From Nanobdellota archaeon (GTDB taxonomy: Archaea > Nanobdellota > Nanobdellia > Parvarchaeales > Parvarchaeaceae): a DNA stretch of 64,000 nucleotides. The DNA lies in NCBI GenBank assembly GCA_021807125.1, contig JAKAPK010000002.1, positions 14,120-78,119 of the forward strand, given 5' to 3'. The position numbers and the translations under genes were made by a program. The notes under the pieces are model-generated. The model saw only the letters and a list, made by a program, of their open reading frames with translations. It was not told the DNA's origin and searched no databases. Positions 9,237 through 18,713 of the stretch are shown piece after piece (positions within the stretch are counted from its first letter, which is position 1; every line of letters begins with the position of its first letter).

Positions 9237-10394
9237 TTATTTTGCTGCAAGGAATATTTTCATATCCCTTTTTTCCAGTTCCTTAAAAAATGGCTCCGGA
9301 TTAACGGCTATTTCCGGCGGAACGACACCCTTTTCAGTTATTACACCTTCCAATATCATCTGTGCGACTACCGATGGTGCCACGCCTGTATTCCATGAAC
9401 CGGCCGGTATGTTCCATTTTTTGTTCGTGAAGCTTTCACAATAAGCAACAATGTTCTTTTTCTTTCCTTTTTGTTTTCCGATAACTTCGACCCTTAGGAA
9501 CTCCAAATCATTTATCTTTGTAGATTCGGTTGGTATGAACTTTTCAGTCATTTTAACTATAATGTCCCTGGGCGACACCGTTTGCCCGCCTGGAAGCCTT
9601 ATGTCATCTTTTGCTGAGAAACCCACATCTATGAGAAACTTCATCTTATCGACCAGTACCGGATCGAACCCGCCTCTAAACCAGCAATTCTTTACGCCAG
9701 GGATTGATTCGGCGAGCGTAGCCGCTTCCGAGTGCAAAGTGTAGAAGCATTTCGCACTGTTTAATGGCTTGGGAAATTTTTTGTCTTCCATGCCGGTAAG
9801 CGGCTCTATTGTCTCAAACCTGCCGTTTCTGAATATTACTGGTTTGTATCCGAATTCTTCAAATAGTGTAAGTATGGTATAAGGGAGTACTATCGGCGTA
9901 TCATATTTTGTGTAATCCTTGTCCGCGAAGCTGACGTCTATCGTTTCCGGTTTACTGAGTTTCTTTGCTGCATAAGCTGCAAGCACATTAGTGATACCTG
10001 GTGACGACCCCATACCAGGGATTGCAATCAGCCCTTTATTTTTGAATTCGCTGTTCATTTCCAATTGCTTTCTCGTAGTGTGAAACATCCCTCCTAAATC
10101 CAGATAATTAACTCCTGCCTCCAAGCACGCAGACATTACATCGACGTTGAAGTAATAGTTTACTGCGTTTACAAGAACTGAACAATGCGATTCCTTAATA
10201 GCAGCAACCAACGCGGCTTTGTCCCTAATGTCTATCGACATAGTTCTCACTTTCCTTTCGAGATATCTCTTTGTCAAGTTGTTCGCTCTGTCTAGTTCCC
10301 TGTCCGCGAATACAAGTTCGCCATCGTATCTTTCCATCAGGTCCGTTCCTATTACACGGCCCATTTCTCCGCATCCTAAAAGAAATATTCCCAT
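9237..10394 (-). CDS. Saccharopine dehydrogenase-family NAD(P)-binding oxidoreductase (includes lysine 6-dehydrogenase / LYS9-like enzymes)
   Basis: 385 aa. N-terminal Rossmann GxGxxG (LLGCGEMGRVIG) followed by the Sacchrp_dh-type fold; sits in the lysine-catabolic neighbourhood. Confidence 0.65.
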   Translation of the reverse strand: MGIFLLGCGEMGRVIGTDLMERYDGELVFADRELDRANNLTKRYLERKVRTMSIDIRDKAALVAAIKESHCSVLVNAVNYYFNVDVMSACLEAGVNYLDLGGMFHTTRKQLEMNSEFKNKGLIAIPGMGSSPGITNVLAAYAAKKLSKPETIDVSFADKDYTKYDTPIVLPYTILTLFEEFGYKPVIFRNGRFETIEPLTGMEDKKFPKPLNSAKCFYTLHSEAATLAESIPGVKNCWFRGGFDPVLVDKMKFLIDVGFSAKDDIRLPGGQTVSPRDIIVKMTEKFIPTESTKINDLEFLRVEVIGKQKGKKKNIVAYCESFTNKKWNIPAGSWNTGVAPSVVAQMILEGVITEKGVVPPEIAVNPEPFFKELEKRDMKIFLAAK

Positions 10395-10426
10395 ACGCTA
10401 TTTTTGCGTTCGTTTAATATATAATT

Positions 10427-11812
10427 TTATCCTAGCTCGCCGTAAGGTCTTACTTCATATTCAGATTTTGCCGCCTTGTCCATGGAATTTCTGAATGCGT
10501 TCAGCGTCCGTTTAAGGTCGTTGTTACTGTGCGAGTAGCACGTGTATATGCACTCCTGGTTGTCTGCATCTATCAGTACTCCCTCCTTCATAAGCTCGTA
10601 CTGTACCTTGACATAGAAGTCTGTTATGGAGTTTCTTATATCGTCATAATTGTTTATTTCGTCCCGTTCTGTATAGAATATCTGGAACATCCCGGGTACT
10701 CCGCTTATTTTTACCGGTATCTTCAGTTCATCGGCCATCTTCTCTATTCCGCTCATCAGCTTTTGATTATATGACTTTAGATATTTGAACACTTTGCCGT
10801 CACTTAACAATTTTATAGTCTGGTTCACAGCCGTCATGCACAATGGGTTGGAATTAAATGTCCCAGCATGTACTGCCTGGCCTGCATCCGGACCGAATGA
10901 AGCCATCACTTCTCTTTCTCCGGCTATCGCAGATATAGGATGGCCGTTTGCCATTGCCTTTGCGTAAGTGCTTATGTGAGGTTTGACTCCGTACAGTTCC
11001 TGTGCGCCGCCCAAGGCTACCCTGAATCCCGTTTTTACTTCGTCAAATATAAGAAGTATGTCGTATCTGTCGCAAAGTTCCCTTAAGAACTGAAGAAAGC
11101 CCGGCTTCGGAGGTATTGCGCCTGCATTTCCCATTATAGGTTCAAGTATTATGGCAGCTATCTCGTTATACCTTGCTTTGACAGCTTTTTCAACGGCTTC
11201 AAAGTCGTTGAACGGCACAACTATTACAAGCCTGCCAATATCAGACGGTATACCTGCAGACTGAAAGTGTGGCTGGTCGTGGGGCCATGTATAAGGAGGG
11301 TGTGTCGAGAATAGAAGATAATCGTTCGTACCGTGATAGTGTCCTTCAAACTTCAATATTACGTTTCTCCCAGTATAAGCGCGAGCAAGTCGAACGGCGT
11401 GCATTGTCGCCTCGGTTCCGGTGGATGAGAATTTTACGGATTCTGCGGAAGGCACGGCCTTATGGAATCGTTCTGCTACTTCTAGTTCAAGTTCATGGCC
11501 GAAACCATATATCGTACCGTTCTTCTTTATTTGATCACAGACCTTGTTCTCAACAGCCGGATAGCTGTGACCGAGTATTATCGGGCCTAACGCAAGCCTG
11601 TAATCAATATATTCATTACCGTCGACATCCCAAGCATGCGACCCGTATGCTCTCTTGAGGAACAGACTTGCTGCCGCAGCCGGACCTACATAGCAAAATC
11701 TCGGATTTCTCCATAGCCTGGCGTTTGAGCTTACGCCTTCTGGCATGTATTTTAACGCCTTAGTATAATACTTACACGAATTTTTCAGCGAAAAAGATTT
11801 TTTCTTTGCCAT
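10427..11812 (-). CDS. hemL: Class III aminotransferase of the glutamate-1-semialdehyde 2,1-aminomutase (HemL) family
   Basis: 461 aa. Near-collinear with HemL as I remember it: WDVDGNEYIDY, GPIILGH, FSSTGTEA, LEPIMGNAGAIPPKPGFL, and PLP-lysine motif FDEVKTGFRVALGGAQELYGV. Whether it is the haem-pathway enzyme or a HemL-like paralogue serving the adjacent catabolic cluster cannot be decided from sequence. Confidence 0.6.
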   Translation of the reverse strand: MAKKKSFSLKNSCKYYTKALKYMPEGVSSNARLWRNPRFCYVGPAAAASLFLKRAYGSHAWDVDGNEYIDYRLALGPIILGHSYPAVENKVCDQIKKNGTIYGFGHELELEVAERFHKAVPSAESVKFSSTGTEATMHAVRLARAYTGRNVILKFEGHYHGTNDYLLFSTHPPYTWPHDQPHFQSAGIPSDIGRLVIVVPFNDFEAVEKAVKARYNEIAAIILEPIMGNAGAIPPKPGFLQFLRELCDRYDILLIFDEVKTGFRVALGGAQELYGVKPHISTYAKAMANGHPISAIAGEREVMASFGPDAGQAVHAGTFNSNPLCMTAVNQTIKLLSDGKVFKYLKSYNQKLMSGIEKMADELKIPVKISGVPGMFQIFYTERDEINNYDDIRNSITDFYVKVQYELMKEGVLIDADNQECIYTCYSHSNNDLKRTLNAFRNSMDKAAKSEYEVRPYGELG

Positions 11813-11815
11813 TTT

Positions 11816-13186
11816 TCACTCTGTATTTATTACGATAGATTTTACGTTAACGAATTCCAAAAGACCATATCTTGAAAGTTCTCTTCCTATGCCGCTGTCC
11901 TTTATGCCTCCGAACGGAAGACGAGGGTCTGATTTTACCGTGTCATTAACATATACGAGCCCTTCCTCCATCCTTCTTGCAAACTGCTCCCCCTTTTCCA
12001 AGTCTTTTGTCCACACGCTACCACCAAGGCCGAAGCTTGTGGAGTTCGCTACTGATAAGGCTTCCTCTTCGTTATCTACTTCTATTATCGGAGCGATGGG
12101 TCCAAAGACTTCTTCTCTAGCGACCACCATATCTTCTTTTATACAAGTTATTACAGTTGGTTCGAAGAAATAACCGATTCTGTCAAGTCTTTTCCCTCCT
12201 AATAATATTTTTGCCCCTTTGTTGACTGCGTCTTCCATCTGGGCCGAGAGCTTATCCAATTGCTGGCGGTTAACCATTGGCCCCACCATCGTATCATTGT
12301 CCATAGGGTCTCCGACTTTTGCAGCTTTCATGAACTCAACAAACTTTTGCGTAAATTCCTTTGCTTTTTTCTTTGTAACTATGAATCTTTTCGCGGCGAT
12401 ACATGTCTGGCCCCCGTTTATCAGTCTTGCGTTCGCTGCGTTGCTGCACGTTAACACTATGTCCGCATCGTCAAGCACGATAAATGGGTCTGATCCACCC
12501 AGTTCCAAGACGCACTTCTTCATATTTTCTCCTGCAAGTGCAGCTATGTGCTTTCCAACTTCTATACTGCCAGTAACTGATACTCCATCCATGAATTTGC
12601 TGCGTATAAGATGATCTACGGTTTCGTGATCCGTAATCACAGTACGAAAAGTATTCTTCGGGAATCCTGCTTCAGAAAATGCCTCTTCTATTGCTAAGGC
12701 ACACATTGGTACGACGTTTGAATGCCTAAGAAGACAAACATTGCCTGCAGCCATCGCCGGTACCGCACACCTTATTAACTGCCAAAACGGATAGTTCCAC
12801 GGCATTACGCACAATATTTCACCTAACGGCTCGAAAGCGATGAAAGCTTTTCTTCTGTCTATCTGAACCTGTTCGTCTTCAAGCCATTTTTCCGCGTTTT
12901 CTGCGAAAAACTCGGCGGCCCATGAGCACTTCTCGACCTCTGCAACGGCTGATTTGAGTGGTTTCCCCATCTCGCGTGTTATTATCTCCCCATATTTACG
13001 TGAATTTTTCTTTAGAACAACAGCAAGTTTTTGGAGATAAGATGCTCTTTCTTTTACACTCAAATTTTTCCATGAGTTAAAGGATGATTTTACGTCACTG
13101 GCTACGGCGAGTGCTTCCTCCTTTGTAAGAGCATCAAAGACCCCATTTGCTTTCTCTGTAGATGGATTAAACGATGTGATCTTCAT
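11816..13186 (-). CDS. NAD(P)+ aldehyde dehydrogenase (succinate-semialdehyde / aminoadipate-semialdehyde DH-like)
   Basis: 456 aa. ALDH family: catalytic Cys region QTCIAAKRF, glutamate region LELGGSDPFIV, NAD-binding GSIEVGKHI. Confidence 0.75.
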   Translation of the reverse strand: MKITSFNPSTEKANGVFDALTKEEALAVASDVKSSFNSWKNLSVKERASYLQKLAVVLKKNSRKYGEIITREMGKPLKSAVAEVEKCSWAAEFFAENAEKWLEDEQVQIDRRKAFIAFEPLGEILCVMPWNYPFWQLIRCAVPAMAAGNVCLLRHSNVVPMCALAIEEAFSEAGFPKNTFRTVITDHETVDHLIRSKFMDGVSVTGSIEVGKHIAALAGENMKKCVLELGGSDPFIVLDDADIVLTCSNAANARLINGGQTCIAAKRFIVTKKKAKEFTQKFVEFMKAAKVGDPMDNDTMVGPMVNRQQLDKLSAQMEDAVNKGAKILLGGKRLDRIGYFFEPTVITCIKEDMVVAREEVFGPIAPIIEVDNEEEALSVANSTSFGLGGSVWTKDLEKGEQFARRMEEGLVYVNDTVKSDPRLPFGGIKDSGIGRELSRYGLLEFVNVKSIVINTE

Positions 13187-14676
13187 TACTCATCACCAAA
13201 CACAGTATTATACCAAGGTTTCCTTACTAGTCCAGTCTGGTCTATGTAGATGTGTTTTATCTGTGTGTAATCCTCCAAGGAATAAAGCGAAAGGTCCTTT
13301 CCGAATCCACTCTGCTTGAAACCGCCATGTGGCATTTCCGAAGTAAGTATGCCGTGGTCATTTATCCAAACTTCTCCGAATTTTAGAGAGTTCGCGACTT
13401 TCATTAGAACGGTTATGTCTTTTCCCCATACGGAAGAACCCAGCCCATATTCTACATCGTTGGCTTTCTGTATGGCTTCATCTACGGAAGAATATTTCAT
13501 AACTGCGAGCACAGGTGCAAAGACCTCTTCCCTGCAGAGTCTAGAATCCTGCTTAACGTCTGCGAATATAGTCGGTTCCAGGAAGAAACCGTGTTTGAAG
13601 CCAGTTTTCCTATGTCCGCCTAATAATAATCTTGCACCGTCCTTTAATGCCGAGTCTATATAACTTTCTGCTTTTTCTAACTGCGATTTGGATATCAATG
13701 GTCCTATGTCCGTCTTCTTGTCCATTGGATCTCCAACCTTCAATTTCTTCACTTTTTTTGTAAGTGTCTTCAAAAATTCTTCGTATATCGATTCGTGAAC
13801 GTACACTCTTGTAGTTGCCGTGCAGTCCTCTGCATTATTCCAGAATGCACTGACTACCGTGCCTTCCGTCGCCGCATCTATAGACGCATCAGACAGTACT
13901 ATAAGCGGCGCTTTTCCGCTTAACTGCATATTAAGTCTTTTTAGAGTCTTCGATGCTAGCTCAGCTATACGTCTTCCAGTTACTGTATCGCCGGTCACCG
14001 CGACCATGTCGACTTTTTTGTTCATCGCGATTTCCTCGCCTATTGTTTCTCCCGGCCCGGTCACGACATTTAGCACGCCTGCAGGAAGTATCTTCTCGGC
14101 TAATTTAGCAAATTCAAGCACACTAAGAGGAGTCCTGCTCGACGGCTTCACGACTACCGTATTGCCTGCCGCCAATGCCGGGGCGAGCTTCCATATCGCT
14201 ATAAAAAGAGGATAGTTCCACGGTATTATCGCACCGACTACTCCTATCGGTTCTCTCCTAATTATACTTGTGCCTATCCCTGCGTATTCTCCAGCAGATT
14301 TTCCTTCAAGCATTCTAGCAGCCCCCGAGAAAAATTTTAGATTATCAATCGCAAACGGCAAATCGTTTTCTCTCGCATACTTGATGGTCTTTCCCACTGT
14401 CATCGATTCTAGCTTTGACAGTTTATCGATATCTGACTCAACGGCTTCGGCCAATTTCCATAATAACTGCGCTCTTTCAGCCGGAGTTTTTTTGGACCAC
14501 ACTCCGCTGTCAAACGCTTGTCTTGCGGAATCTATCGCTTTCTGTGCGTCTTTCTTAGTGCCCTTAGGCACCCGTGCTATTGTCTCCTCTGTCGCTGGAT
14601 TGATGACATCAAAAATTTCTTTGGATTCGGAGTCTGCCCATTTTCCGCCTATAAACATCCTATAGTTCTCTACCAT
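13186..14676 (-). CDS. NAD(P)+ aldehyde dehydrogenase (candidate piperideine-6-carboxylate / 2-aminoadipate-semialdehyde dehydrogenase)
   Basis: 496 aa. ALDH family hallmarks FIGGKW and the cofactor region with catalytic Glu/Cys. Translationally coupled to the downstream ALDH (overlap at 13186) and adjacent to lat, mirroring the lat-pcd arrangement in actinobacteria. Confidence 0.7.
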   Translation of the reverse strand: MVENYRMFIGGKWADSESKEIFDVINPATEETIARVPKGTKKDAQKAIDSARQAFDSGVWSKKTPAERAQLLWKLAEAVESDIDKLSKLESMTVGKTIKYARENDLPFAIDNLKFFSGAARMLEGKSAGEYAGIGTSIIRREPIGVVGAIIPWNYPLFIAIWKLAPALAAGNTVVVKPSSRTPLSVLEFAKLAEKILPAGVLNVVTGPGETIGEEIAMNKKVDMVAVTGDTVTGRRIAELASKTLKRLNMQLSGKAPLIVLSDASIDAATEGTVVSAFWNNAEDCTATTRVYVHESIYEEFLKTLTKKVKKLKVGDPMDKKTDIGPLISKSQLEKAESYIDSALKDGARLLLGGHRKTGFKHGFFLEPTIFADVKQDSRLCREEVFAPVLAVMKYSSVDEAIQKANDVEYGLGSSVWGKDITVLMKVANSLKFGEVWINDHGILTSEMPHGGFKQSGFGKDLSLYSLEDYTQIKHIYIDQTGLVRKPWYNTVFGDE

Positions 14677-14747
14677 GGTTCCTCCATCATTATATTTTAG
14701 ACGTCAAAATTAATAAGCTTATGACCGTTATTATGTGAATTTATTAT

Positions 14748-16091
14748 TCACAGCTTCTTGTCGGCTATCATTTCCTTCAATGTCTTATCAAGTATCTCTG
14801 TAGCGTCGTTGACGTGTTTCTCTTCTGCTATCAGAGCCGGTCTGAACCTTATTCCTCTTTGGCCAGTCTTTAGTGCTATCAGTCCGTTTGGATACAATCT
14901 TTGCCAGTACTCATCCCTTATCTTCCCCTCTGGAAGGTCAAATGCACACATAAGCCCGCGACCGCGGACATTCGAGATTTTATCAGGATACCTGTCCTGC
15001 AAGCCCTGAAGGGCTTTAAGAAAAATGTTTCCGGTATTTGCGGCATTATCTACGAGTCTATCCTCTTCCATTATCTCTAAGTATCTGGTTGCGCGTACCA
15101 TGTCAGTTAGGTTCCCTCCCCACGTCGAATCTATTCTGTTCGGCACCTTGAACACATGATCGCTTATATCTTCCAATTTTGGACCCGCCATTATTCCACA
15201 CACTTGCGTCTTCTTGCCGAAAGCCATTATGTCTGGTTTAACATCGAAATGCTGGTGAGCCCACCATTTGCCTGTGAGCCCCATACCTGTTTGTATCTCA
15301 TCGACTATGAACATTATGTCGTTCTCGGCGGTTATCTTCCTTATCTCTTTGAGGTATTCCTTCCTGAAGTGATTGTCCCCTCCCTCCCCTTGAATTGGCT
15401 CCATTATGAATGCGGCTATATGATCTTGATTTTCTTCTATCGCCTGTTTTATCTCATCCAGACTCTGCTTCTCAAGTTCTTCTACTTTCTTTGTGTTATC
15501 TTCATTCAATGGAAACGTTATTTTTGGATTTAGAACTCTCGGCCAGTTAAACCTCGGAAAATACTGTATCTTCTTTATATCGGCGGTGTTTGTCAAGGCA
15601 AGAGTATATCCAGATCTGCCATGAAAAGCTTCCTGAAGATGTATAACCTTGTGTCCGCGCACATCCTTTACTCCCTTGCTGAAGTTCTTTCTGACTTTCC
15701 AGTCGAACGCCGTCTTCAGCGCGTTTTCAACGGCAAGCGCTCCGCCCTCTATGAAAAAGTAGTAAGTGAAATAATTGGGTGTCGCTAGTCTTGAAAAGGC
15801 ATCCACGAAGTCCGCCATCTCTACAGTAACTGTATCACTGTTTGTTGGTTTATTTATTGCGACCCTTTGCAGTTTTTTCAAAAAAACGGGCTCGAACATC
15901 TTAGGATGGTTCATGCCAAGGGCTGAAGAGGCGAAGAAACCGAAAAAATCAAGGTAGTCTCTGCCATTCCTAGCATCGCGCAGATACATCCCTTTGCTTC
16001 CCTCTGTGTCTAGAACCATGTCAAAAACATCGAGAATCATTCTATTGCCTATGACCTTGTGCACGTCATGCGGATGTACCATAGAAAGCAC
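14748..16091 (-). CDS. lat: L-lysine 6-transaminase (lysine epsilon-aminotransferase, LAT family; class III PLP aminotransferase)
   Basis: 447 aa. Extended collinear identity to actinobacterial LAT as I recall it: FFASSALGMN, KPTNSD, FIEGGALAVENALKTAFDWK, FHGRSGYTL, EPIQGEGGD, DEIQTGMGLTG, AFGKKTQVCG, STWGGNLTDMVRA, RGRGLMCAF. Confidence 0.8.
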   Translation of the reverse strand: MLSMVHPHDVHKVIGNRMILDVFDMVLDTEGSKGMYLRDARNGRDYLDFFGFFASSALGMNHPKMFEPVFLKKLQRVAINKPTNSDTVTVEMADFVDAFSRLATPNYFTYYFFIEGGALAVENALKTAFDWKVRKNFSKGVKDVRGHKVIHLQEAFHGRSGYTLALTNTADIKKIQYFPRFNWPRVLNPKITFPLNEDNTKKVEELEKQSLDEIKQAIEENQDHIAAFIMEPIQGEGGDNHFRKEYLKEIRKITAENDIMFIVDEIQTGMGLTGKWWAHQHFDVKPDIMAFGKKTQVCGIMAGPKLEDISDHVFKVPNRIDSTWGGNLTDMVRATRYLEIMEEDRLVDNAANTGNIFLKALQGLQDRYPDKISNVRGRGLMCAFDLPEGKIRDEYWQRLYPNGLIALKTGQRGIRFRPALIAEEKHVNDATEILDKTLKEMIADKKL

Positions 16092-16159
16092 AAAGTATAT
16101 ACTGATATGAAATTCTATTTATGAGTTTGGAGCTATTTATAGCTTTAAATTTAAATTAG

Positions 16160-16211
16160 CCTTTAAGGGTATCTAGATACTATTTTGAAAGTTACTATAC
16201 CCTTTAAAAGG
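16160..16211. promoter_or_regulatory. Imperfect inverted repeat CCTTTAAGGGTAT-N24-ATACCCTTTAAAAGG in the divergent lat/gdhA promoter region. Candidate operator or RNA hairpin.
   Basis: Read directly: arm 1 at 16160-16172, arm 2 at 16197-16211, 11-12 bp complementary; the loop contains a TCTAGA palindrome. Confidence 0.35.
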
Positions 16212-16299
16212 TTAATTTAAGACAATTGTTTGACTAGATTATAGTAATAATTTGGTATTCGCGATACTATAATATGTCATGCGTACAAAATTGCCAAGG

Positions 16300-16306
16300 T
16301 TTAAAT
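16300..16306 (+). promoter_or_regulatory. Archaeal TATA box (TTTAAAT) for leaderless gdhA
   Basis: TTTAAAT is centred about 26 nt upstream of the gdhA ATG at 16329, the canonical box A spacing in archaea. No Shine-Dalgarno, consistent with a leaderless transcript. Confidence 0.4.
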
Positions 16307-16328
16307 CCATCAAAATATTCCTAAATTT

Positions 16329-17588
16329 ATGGAAGAACTCGACCCTTTTAAAATAGCACAAACTCAACTCGATGAGGCTGCAGAAATAATGCATCTCGAT
16401 GAGACCGCACATGCGATTCTTCGAGAGCCTATGCGTACAATAATAGTTAATATACCTGTCAAGATGGACAACGGGAAGGTAAAAACCTTCGCTGGATTCA
16501 GAGTACAGTATAATGATGTGCGAGGACCGTGCAAAGGGGGAATAAGGTTCCACCCTCAGGAAAGCCTTAGCACCGTAAAAGCGTTGGCAGCATGGATGAC
16601 ATGGAAGACATCTCTTGCAAACATCCCTTTTGGAGGCGGCAAGGGGGGAGTTATCTGCGATCCAAAATCTTTGTCGGAAAGCGAAACGGAAAGGTTATCC
16701 AGGGGCTATGTGAGAGCACTTGCAAAATTCATAGGGCCAGACACCGATGTACCAGCCCCAGATGTCTACACTACTCCTCAGATAATGGCATGGATGATGG
16801 ACGAATACAGTAAACTTGCAGGTCATAACGAGTTCTCGATGATAACTGGAAAACCAATGGAAGTCTGGGGTTCGGAAGGAAGATTTAATTCAACTGCAAT
16901 GGGTGCGATGTATGTGCTACGCGAAGCGGCGAAGAAACTAAAATTACAGCTCAAGGGAGCGAAAGTCGCAATACAGGGCTTTGGAAACGCCGGCAGCTTC
17001 GCTTTCGAACTCGCATCGCAATTGGGATGTAAAATAGTCGCTATAACTGATTCTTTAGGCGGTACATACTCAGATAACGGTCTTGATTACAAAACCCTCG
17101 CCGAAGTTAAGGAAAAGACTGGAAGTGTACAAAATTACGAAGGCGGCACCAAGATAACGAACAAAGGGTTGTTCGATTATGATGTAGATGTAATAATACC
17201 TGCGGCAATAGAAAACCAGATAACAAAGGAAAACGCTAATAAAATAAAAGCGAAGCTAGTACTCGAACTTGCAAACGGCCCTGTTACACCTGAAGCGGAC
17301 AAGATACTTTTCGAAAGAGGAATATTGGACCTTCCGGATTTCCTTGTGAATTCAGGAGGAGTAATAGTCTCTTATTTCGAGTGGGCACAGAATATAGAAC
17401 AGTACTACTGGACTTCCGAAGAAGTGTATGCGAGACTTGACAAGATAGTAACGAATTCCTTCAATTCAGTAATGTCTGTGCAAGACAGTTATAAGACAAA
17501 GGGTACCAAAATAACGCCTAGGGATGCTGCTTATATAATAGCTGTGGACAGAGTCGCAAAGGCGATGAAAGCCAGAGGCTGGTACTAG
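16329..17588 (+). CDS. gdhA: Glutamate dehydrogenase, NAD(P)+
   Basis: 419 aa. Catalytic-lysine signature KGGIRFHPQ, GGGKGG, and the C-terminal dinucleotide-binding GFGNAGS. Confidence 0.9.
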   Translation: MEELDPFKIAQTQLDEAAEIMHLDETAHAILREPMRTIIVNIPVKMDNGKVKTFAGFRVQYNDVRGPCKGGIRFHPQESLSTVKALAAWMTWKTSLANIPFGGGKGGVICDPKSLSESETERLSRGYVRALAKFIGPDTDVPAPDVYTTPQIMAWMMDEYSKLAGHNEFSMITGKPMEVWGSEGRFNSTAMGAMYVLREAAKKLKLQLKGAKVAIQGFGNAGSFAFELASQLGCKIVAITDSLGGTYSDNGLDYKTLAEVKEKTGSVQNYEGGTKITNKGLFDYDVDVIIPAAIENQITKENANKIKAKLVLELANGPVTPEADKILFERGILDLPDFLVNSGGVIVSYFEWAQNIEQYYWTSEEVYARLDKIVTNSFNSVMSVQDSYKTKGTKITPRDAAYIIAVDRVAKAMKARGWY

Positions 17589-17606
17589 TTTCTTGCTGGG
17601 AAAATA

Positions 17607-18713
17607 ATGGACAAAAGAGAGCTTGCTGCGATAAGCACTATAATCGGAACTATGATTGGTGCGGGCATGCTGGCACTACCATATGCTATATCAAAATCTG
17701 GATTCTTTCTTGGGCTTCTGTTAATATTCCTGCTCGGCATTGCATCAATACTCGTAACGATGTTCACTGGTGAATTATCCTTCAGACAGAAAAGACTGCA
17801 TCAACTTCCTGTACTTATAAGTAAATATACGGGTAAGAGCTTCAGGTCCGTAGTATTAGTGCTACAAATACTCGTATTCTACGGCATAGTCATAGCCTAT
17901 CTCATAGCACTCGGCTCGGCGATAAGCGGGCTATTCGATGTGCCATACTATGTCGGTGTGCTTATAGCATTCGCTCTTTCAGCACCGTTGATATACAAGG
18001 GCTACGCTTCTGTAGAAGCGGCGGAAACGCCCCTTTCTTTCATAAAGATAGCGCTTATACTGTTGGTAATCAGCATCGTAGTTTTCTCAATACGCTCTGA
18101 CAACCTGACATATTACAATCCGTATACTGTATTCCAATCTTTCGGCGTCACACTTTTTACAGTTATGGTGTTTGGTGTAGTACCAGAAGTGAAAGCAGAA
18201 TTGGGAAACAGAAAAGAAAAGTTCAATAAAGTCATGATAATAGCGTATTCGATATCTATGCTGGTATACGCTTTGTTTATACTTGCGTTCATAGGAGCTT
18301 TTGGGAATAATGTACAGTCTATAGCTACGGAATCAATAAATTCGGGTGCTTACAAGATATTATTCTACACGATAACGATGTTCCTTGTAGTTACACCGTA
18401 TATAGCGGTAAGCCTGATACTTGTTGATGCTTTCTATTATGATTTTTCTTTTAAAAGACCGACTAGTTTCGTGCTTGCAATGGCAATACCACTTGTGCTA
18501 GCAGTTCTAAACCTTAATTTCGTAACAGTACTTGGTGTGATAGGCGGATTACTTCTTCCAATTTTATCCCTGCTCATAATAGTGGCAGTATACAAGGAGA
18601 GACAAACATACAAAAAAGGAGAATACAGAGCGCCTGGCGGAATTGCATCAATTATATTCACAGTCGCCGTAATGATAATAGGGTTCGCATATACATTGGT
18701 GTACACTTTATGA
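17607..18713 (+). CDS. Amino-acid permease (aromatic/Trp-Tyr permease-type APC-superfamily transporter)
   Basis: 368 aa, about 11 predicted TM helices. N-terminal IGTMIGAGMLALPYA motif typical of amino-acid/auxin-type permeases. 18 nt after gdhA, so probably co-transcribed. Confidence 0.65.
   Translation: MDKRELAAISTIIGTMIGAGMLALPYAISKSGFFLGLLLIFLLGIASILVTMFTGELSFRQKRLHQLPVLISKYTGKSFRSVVLVLQILVFYGIVIAYLIALGSAISGLFDVPYYVGVLIAFALSAPLIYKGYASVEAAETPLSFIKIALILLVISIVVFSIRSDNLTYYNPYTVFQSFGVTLFTVMVFGVVPEVKAELGNRKEKFNKVMIIAYSISMLVYALFILAFIGAFGNNVQSIATESINSGAYKILFYTITMFLVVTPYIAVSLILVDAFYYDFSFKRPTSFVLAMAIPLVLAVLNLNFVTVLGVIGGLLLPILSLLIIVAVYKERQTYKKGEYRAPGGIASIIFTVAVMIIGFAYTLVYTL

Noticed and set aside
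16239-16553. 104-aa minus-strand ORF spanning the gdhA promoter and N-terminus
   Set aside because: It overlaps the real gdhA start and the intergenic palindrome and has no motifs. Coding on the plus strand here is certain.
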